Assembly: GCF_000018105.1 (NCBI RefSeq) | Contig: NC_009925.1 | Span: 4,800,001-4,832,000 of the forward strand | Direction: 5' to 3' | Source: Acaryochloris marina MBIC11017 | GTDB lineage: Bacteria; Cyanobacteriota; Cyanobacteriia; Thermosynechococcales; Thermosynechococcaceae | Length of the DNA: 32,000 nt | Shown here: positions 26,885 through 32,000 of the stretch, piece by piece | Position numbering within the stretch: position 1 is the stretch's first letter | Layout: each line of letters opens with the position of its first letter | Made by a program: the position numbers and the translations under genes | The notes under the pieces: generated by a model | Seen by the model: only the letters and a program-made list of their open reading frames with translations | What the model was told of the DNA's origin: nothing | The model's database searches: none

Positions 26885-28315
26885 ATGTCCAATCAACCCC
26901 GTACTCGCCAAGAACTCTACGATCGCGTCCGCCAAAGCTCCCGTGATGAGGTCATCCTAGAAGAAATGGTGCGGTTAGGATTTTGGCCCGCCGAAGGCGA
27001 GATGCCCCAAGATCCAACGGATGAGATTCGACGTAAAGGAGAAATTCAGCGAGAACTGGCAGCACTGCGGGCCGAGAACCGCAAACTGCACAACGAAGCC
27101 GCCATTAAAAAGCAGCTCTACAAAGAGCGACTCGCTGCGTCTAAAAAGAAACGCCAAGAAACCAAAGAACGGAGAGAGCAAGAACGACAGTCCCGAGCCG
27201 CTGCATGGCGGGATCGAAAAGCTCGGGATATTGTCTATCTGGGAACAGGAGTTTCCGGGGGCCTTAATCAGACCGAGTGCGATCGGACCCGACTTCAGCA
27301 ATATGGACTTCCTGCTTACGGAACAGCAGAAGAGATTGCCAAGGCCATGCAGATTAGCGTTGGCCAGTTGCGCTTCTTAGCCTTTTCTCGGCGTACCGCC
27401 CAAATTTCCCACTATGTCCGCTTCAAAATCCCCAAGAAAACTGGGGGAGAACGGCTGATTTCAGCCCCCATGCCCCGCCTGAAGCAGGCCCAATACTGGA
27501 TTGCAGAAAAGCTTCTAGCAGCCATCCCCCTCCACGAAGCTGCTCATGGGTTTTGTTCAGGACGCTCCATCGTTACCAATGCAACGCCACACTTGGGGGC
27601 TGATGTGGTGATTAACCTCGATCTCCAAGATTTTTTCCCGTCTATTTCCTATCCCCGGATTAAAGGCTTATTTCGTTCCTTTGGCTATAGCGAAGCTGCT
27701 GCCACGATTTTTGCCCTGCTCTGTACAGAACCAGATGTGGTGGAGGTGGGCTTGGATGGTCAGCATTACTATGTGGCCCAGTCTCAGCGACATTTACCCC
27801 AAGGGGCACCCACCAGCCCCATATTGACCAATCTGCTCTGTCGGCGTCTAGATCGTCGGTTGACGGCCATGGCGGCAGAGTTGGGATATCGGTATACGCG
27901 CTACGCCGATGATCTAACCTTCTCAGCCACAGGTCAGCCTCAGCAGCAGGTGGGCAAGCTGTTGCGAAGGACCCATGCCATTGTCACCCACGAAGGATTT
28001 ACGATTCATCCCCAAAAGACACGGGTGCTTCGCAGTGGTCGACAACAAGAGGTGACAGGGGTGGTGGTCAACGAAAAGCTGAACGTTGACCGTAAAACCC
28101 TCAAGCGATTTCGGGCGTTGCTCCACCAAATTGAACAGTCAGGCTACGACGATCAACATTGGGGTGGCCAACCAGTATCGTTTGCTCAGATCCAAGGCTA
28201 TGCCAACTTTGTGGAGATGGTGAATCCTGAACGCGGAGCCCAGTTCCAGGCTCAAGTTAAGCGAATTAAGCGCAAGTACCCACCCCGCGTTCAAGCCTTT
28301 AAACCAGCTTCTTGA
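26885..28315 (+). CDS. retron-type reverse transcriptase with ~130-aa N-terminal coiled-coil/basic extension
   Basis: 476 aa. Retron-type RT motifs are present: YVRFKIPKKTGGERLISAP, NLDLQDFFPSI, LPQGAPTSPILTNL, catalytic YADDLTFS and the retron-typical VTGVVVN. Residues 1-130 are rich in K, R and E. Confidence 0.85.
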   Translation: MSNQPRTRQELYDRVRQSSRDEVILEEMVRLGFWPAEGEMPQDPTDEIRRKGEIQRELAALRAENRKLHNEAAIKKQLYKERLAASKKKRQETKERREQERQSRAAAWRDRKARDIVYLGTGVSGGLNQTECDRTRLQQYGLPAYGTAEEIAKAMQISVGQLRFLAFSRRTAQISHYVRFKIPKKTGGERLISAPMPRLKQAQYWIAEKLLAAIPLHEAAHGFCSGRSIVTNATPHLGADVVINLDLQDFFPSISYPRIKGLFRSFGYSEAAATIFALLCTEPDVVEVGLDGQHYYVAQSQRHLPQGAPTSPILTNLLCRRLDRRLTAMAAELGYRYTRYADDLTFSATGQPQQQVGKLLRRTHAIVTHEGFTIHPQKTRVLRSGRQQEVTGVVVNEKLNVDRKTLKRFRALLHQIEQSGYDDQHWGGQPVSFAQIQGYANFVEMVNPERGAQFQAQVKRIKRKYPPRVQAFKPAS

Positions 28316-29720
28316 TTTCACCATAGGCACGATAGAAGCCACCGCGGGCAGATTCCCGCAGGTCTTCGACCACGTAGCGCGCTCCTGCTTCCCGCATCTC
28401 TTTGGGGAATTGGACATTCCAGTCGGTGTGATAACCCGCAGATTCCACCCGGACTCGCAATTTACTGCCGTCTTTTACACAGACTAAGATGATGCCCTGG
28501 CCAGCCTGGGTGGTGGTTTCTAACGTAGACGAAGCTGCGATCGCATCTAGTTTCGGCGCTTTCACATTCACCACATCCGGCACCGTACCAGCTTGAGCGG
28601 CTTGAATGGCGGCTTCACTAGCATCAATACAGGCCAACGAGCCATCCGTCGTCACAATATATAGACGATCTTGAATAAACTGCATGGAGAAGGCCGACCC
28701 ACATCCGGTTCCCAGCTTCCAGAGACGTTTGCCGTCTGCATCAAAACAATAAATAGAAGAGGAACTGTCTCCCGCAAAGACATATTTGCCGTCTGCCGCC
28801 GCTGCACAGGAATAAACCTGGTTATCGCATTTGAGAACTTGTTCTTGCTGCCCCTGTTTTGTAAAGCAATAGACCTGGCCCTGACTGGTACCGGCATACA
28901 CGGTTGACTCTTCCTGCCAGCCAAACAGGACCGCCCCCTGAGTTCGCTGATTCCAAATCACCTGACCGTCTTCCCAGTCATACATCGTCACTCCACCGAC
29001 ATGGCCATGGTAAACGCCGATCTCATCGCACCGGACCATCCAGCCGTGATCGCCACTACTGCGTTGATGCCACTGGGATTCTTCTTCATGGTTAATGGTG
29101 GTGACGACACCCTGGCGATCCGAGACCCCCAAAATCCCGTCGTTGATATCCAGCCAAAAGATATCGACATCCTCGGCAATAGAATAGGCCACTCGGGGGA
29201 TTTTACCGCTTAGGTCGTAGACTTTGCCATCGTCACAACCGGCATAGAGCCAATCATCATCAGCCACAATGCATTTAACGCCATCGGGAAGTTTAAACTC
29301 TTGAATGACGTTGCCATCGGGGGTGAGGGTAAAAATTTGTCCCTTTTGATTGCCTACCCAGCATCGCGATTCATCAATAAAGATGCCAAAGGCGGAGGCA
29401 CCAGAGGCAAACTTCCAGAGGACGGGCGCACGCTTGGCCGAGGAGCGGGTGCTGGTGATTTCCCGCCGAGTAATGGCCCGCTTCTTCCGTACCCCCTGGA
29501 CTGCATGTTCATAGCCTTTGCGCAGCTTGGCTTTGATTTTCTTCTCGGCTTCTGCTTTGGCTTTTTCGGGGGTCGCCAAGGTTTTCTCTTGGGTTTGGCC
29601 CGCATTGCCAATCCGTCCATACCGGATTTTTAATTCGGTGCCATTCACCACCACTTCGTAAAACTTGTGGGCAACCCCTTCGTCTTCTGACAGCTCTAAA
29701 TACGTTCTTTCTTCAGCCAT
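28299..29720 (-). CDS. WGR domain protein fused to a PQQ/BamB-like beta-propeller and an uncharacterised C-terminal domain
   Basis: 473 aa. N-terminal WGR pattern (HKFYEVVVNGTELKIRYGRIGNAGQTQEKTL...KLRKGY), a basic linker, then repeated beta-strand blades (DDDWLYAGCDDGKVYDL, VYAGTSQGQVYCF, YVFAGDSSSSIYCFD, LYIVTTDGSLACID). Its 3' end overlaps the RT 3' end by 17 bp. Confidence 0.7.
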   Translation of the reverse strand: MAEERTYLELSEDEGVAHKFYEVVVNGTELKIRYGRIGNAGQTQEKTLATPEKAKAEAEKKIKAKLRKGYEHAVQGVRKKRAITRREITSTRSSAKRAPVLWKFASGASAFGIFIDESRCWVGNQKGQIFTLTPDGNVIQEFKLPDGVKCIVADDDWLYAGCDDGKVYDLSGKIPRVAYSIAEDVDIFWLDINDGILGVSDRQGVVTTINHEEESQWHQRSSGDHGWMVRCDEIGVYHGHVGGVTMYDWEDGQVIWNQRTQGAVLFGWQEESTVYAGTSQGQVYCFTKQGQQEQVLKCDNQVYSCAAAADGKYVFAGDSSSSIYCFDADGKRLWKLGTGCGSAFSMQFIQDRLYIVTTDGSLACIDASEAAIQAAQAGTVPDVVNVKAPKLDAIAASSTLETTTQAGQGIILVCVKDGSKLRVRVESAGYHTDWNVQFPKEMREAGARYVVEDLRESARGGFYRAYGEIKKLV

Positions 29721-29829
29721 GCTGATCCTCTCTAATCCTCTGTCCTATAGGATTCACCTATCAGATCCAGTTTGACGCAAGGGGGGATCAATTCTCGTAG
29801 ATAAGCGTAAGGATGGCGATTGCACAGGC

Positions 29830-32000
29830 CTAGGCCATCACTTTGACGTGAGCATTCTCTAGATATCGATCCAGCGCGGCTTGTAGTTCCTCTGTGCGGA
29901 TCGGCTTACTGACATAGTCTTGCATCCCAACTGCTAGGCATCGCTCTCGATCCCCCTGCATGGCATTGGCAGTCAGGGCAATAATATGGGGGCGATCCTC
30001 GGCGTCCCATTCCTTTTGAATGGTGGCTGCTGCCGTCAGGCCATCCATCTCCGGCATATGTACGTCCATCAAAACAATGTCATAGGTTTGGCGCTTTAAG
30101 GCTGCTAAGACTTCATGGCCATCATTGGCGACATCAGCGCTATACCCCAGTTGTTTCAGGATCAGTAAGGCGACTTTCTGGTTTACGGCCACATCTTCTG
30201 CCAGCAAAATACGTAGGGATGCCGGGCTGACTCGCTCAGGCTCCGGCGGCTGTTCTTCTGGTTCGGCAGGCTCTCCAAAAATATTAGCCAGAACATCATG
30301 GAGCCGTGACTGTTGAATCGGTTTGTTTAGGATAGCTGCGAAGTTGATATTCCCCTGCTGTTGAATCAACTCATCTTTGCCCAAAGAACTCAACATCACT
30401 AAGGGAAAGTCTGCCAACTGTTCCCGAATCCGCTTGGCCAAGGTTAACCCATCCATTTCTGGCATTTGCATATCCAGAACGGCCAGATCAAACCCATGAT
30501 CGGCGGTGAGTAATGCTAGGGCTGCGGCTCCTCCCGGAACGGCCTCGCTGGTCATGCCCCAAGCTTTTGCTTGCAGGGTTAGAATTTTACGGTTAGTGGG
30601 ATTGTCGTCCACGATCAGCAGATGCTTGCCATCCAAATGGGCGGGAGAAATGATGGGTCGCTGAGCGGGATCAGCAATGGGGACGGAAATCGTGAAGCAG
30701 AAAGAAGACCCTTTGCCCACGTCACTTTCGACCCACATGCGGCCACCCATTAGCTCGCACAGCCGATGACAAATGGCTAACCCTAATCCGGTGCCGCCAT
30801 ATTTGCGGGTGGTGGAGGCGTCCACTTGGCTAAAGGATTTGAACAATCGATCCATTCGATCAGCAGGAATGCCGATTCCCGTGTCTTTGACTACAATCTG
30901 GAGGATATGGTGACCCTTTCGGACTGGAGCGGCATGATCTGCTGTGACATCTTGAATATAGACCACCACTTCTCCCGTGTCTGTAAATTTGACACCGTTG
31001 GTGAGGAGGTTGACGATAATTTGTCGTAGCCGGGTCACATCCCCGATAATCCATTCGGGAGTATCAGGTTCAAATAGGTACGCCAATTCTAAGGATTTAT
31101 CTACTGCTCTGGGGGCGACGATACGGAGGGCCTGTTCGATACAAATTCGGAGGTCAAAGGGTTGGTTCTCAAATTCCAGTTTGCCTGCTTCTATTTTGGA
31201 GAAATCTAAAATATCGTTAATCAGGCTGAGTAATGCATCCCCACTGCTGCGAATGGTTTCTACAAAGTCAGCCTGTTGCAGATCTAAATCTGTATTCAGA
31301 AGTAGACCGGTCATGCCAATGACGGCATTCATGGGGGTCCGCAACTCATGGCTCATATTGGCTAGAAACTGAGATTTAGCGGTGTTGGCCGTATCAGCGT
31401 CCCGCTTGGCCTGCACGAGGGCCGTATTGTTGCTTTCTAAGGCCTGGCGCTGCTGTTGCTCTTGCTCTAAGAGTTGGGCTTGGGCAATGGCAATGCCCAC
31501 CTGACCCGCCACGGCTTCTAATAGTTCGATGTCTGCTTCGGACCAAGTGCGGTTGCGATCGCACTGATGTAGCACAATCACCCCATTGGCCTGACCCTGA
31601 TAGGAGGTGCGAGTCGCCAGTAGGGACTGGAGCTGTGCCTGCTCACAAAATTGGATTTCTCCCTCGGTCATCTGGTCCCGATCTAGTTCAGGTATGGCCC
31701 ATACGCGATCATGACCAAAGATTTCTGACAGCAGGGGATGATTGCCCATCTCCAGTTCCAGGCAAGAGGCGTAATCCATCTCCAAATACTCCGCCAGATC
31801 AGAGTCTGCTGAAATCTGGGCGGCATAGCTCTGAATAAAGCAGCGATTGGTTTCGAGGGTATAGCCCAACTGGTCAACGGTGGTTTGAAAAATATGCTGG
31901 GTATCAAGGCTGCGGCGAATGTCTTGGGTAATCTGCTCGATGAGTAAGACCCGCTGAATTTGCAGGTTTAAATTCTGGTTGGCGGCTTCTAAGGCGGCAG
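29830..32000 (-). CDS. hybrid sensor histidine kinase (GAF-HisKA-HATPase_c-REC-REC), 5' end outside window
   Basis: H-box SHELRTPMN, plus N, G1 and G2 boxes (DTGIGI, GGTGLGL). Two receiver domains (DDNPTNR...DMQMPEMDG; EDVAVNQ...DVHMPEMDG). The frame remains open from 31869 to nt 32000, where GAF-like sequence starts. Confidence 0.85.
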   Translation of the reverse strand, partial: AALEAANQNLNLQIQRVLLIEQITQDIRRSLDTQHIFQTTVDQLGYTLETNRCFIQSYAAQISADSDLAEYLEMDYASCLELEMGNHPLLSEIFGHDRVWAIPELDRDQMTEGEIQFCEQAQLQSLLATRTSYQGQANGVIVLHQCDRNRTWSEADIELLEAVAGQVGIAIAQAQLLEQEQQQRQALESNNTALVQAKRDADTANTAKSQFLANMSHELRTPMNAVIGMTGLLLNTDLDLQQADFVETIRSSGDALLSLINDILDFSKIEAGKLEFENQPFDLRICIEQALRIVAPRAVDKSLELAYLFEPDTPEWIIGDVTRLRQIIVNLLTNGVKFTDTGEVVVYIQDVTADHAAPVRKGHHILQIVVKDTGIGIPADRMDRLFKSFSQVDASTTRKYGGTGLGLAICHRLCELMGGRMWVESDVGKGSSFCFTISVPIADPAQRPIISPAHLDGKHLLIVDDNPTNRKILTLQAKAWGMTSEAVPGGAAALALLTADHGFDLAVLDMQMPEMDGLTLAKRIREQLADFPLVMLSSLGKDELIQQQGNINFAAILNKPIQQSRLHDVLANIFGEPAEPEEQPPEPERVSPASLRILLAEDVAVNQKVALLILKQLGYSADVANDGHEVLAALKRQTYDIVLMDVHMPEMDGLTAAATIQKEWDAEDRPHIIALTANAMQGDRERCLAVGMQDYVSKPIRTEELQAALDRYLENAHVKVMA

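Overview
Cyanobacterial chromosomal window, judged from HIP1 GCGATCGC palindromes, a ycf46-type AAA ATPase and XisH/XisI genes. Positions 1-14.5 kb are ordinary housekeeping genes: BI-1 family membrane protein, CDF transporter, purK, ycf46-like ATPase, two tandem paralogous unknowns, a thioredoxin-like protein, glpD, gpsA, a cysteine desulfurase, a GGCT-like protein and a 7TM-PAS-GGDEF cyclase. A tRNA-Gly(UCC) at 14711-14781 marks the start of an accessory island of about 15 kb. (1) 14795-23908 is a decayed type V-K CRISPR-associated transposon (CAST). It has inverted TGTACATTGCAC termini with repeated transposase-site-like motifs and a 4-repeat CRISPR array whose repeats end GTTGAAAG on the minus strand. 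It also has a delocalized short crRNA whose 17-nt guide matches the adjacent tRNA-Gly with the PAM and spacing expected for Cas12k-guided homing. A tracrRNA-like region and a C-terminal cas12k remnant are present. The cas12k remnant is fused by deletion to a truncated hsdR. The cargo is a type I R-M operon (hsdM intact, hsdS frameshifted) interleaved with XisH/XisI, a Uma2 nuclease and a RelE/ParE-type toxin-antitoxin pair. No tnsB, tnsC or tniQ is present. (2) 23903-25037 carries a second, different family of end-like repeats flanking a VOC/glyoxalase gene. (3) 25262-29720 holds a DEDDh exonuclease, an unknown gene, a retron-like ncRNA (a1/a2 inverted repeats plus a roughly 30-bp msd-type hairpin), a retron-type reverse transcriptase with an N-terminal coiled-coil extension, and a convergent WGR-beta-propeller gene that overlaps the RT 3' end. 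The right edge is a GAF-HisKA-HATPase-REC-REC hybrid kinase that runs out of the window. All protein-family calls are by-eye motif recognition without database searches.
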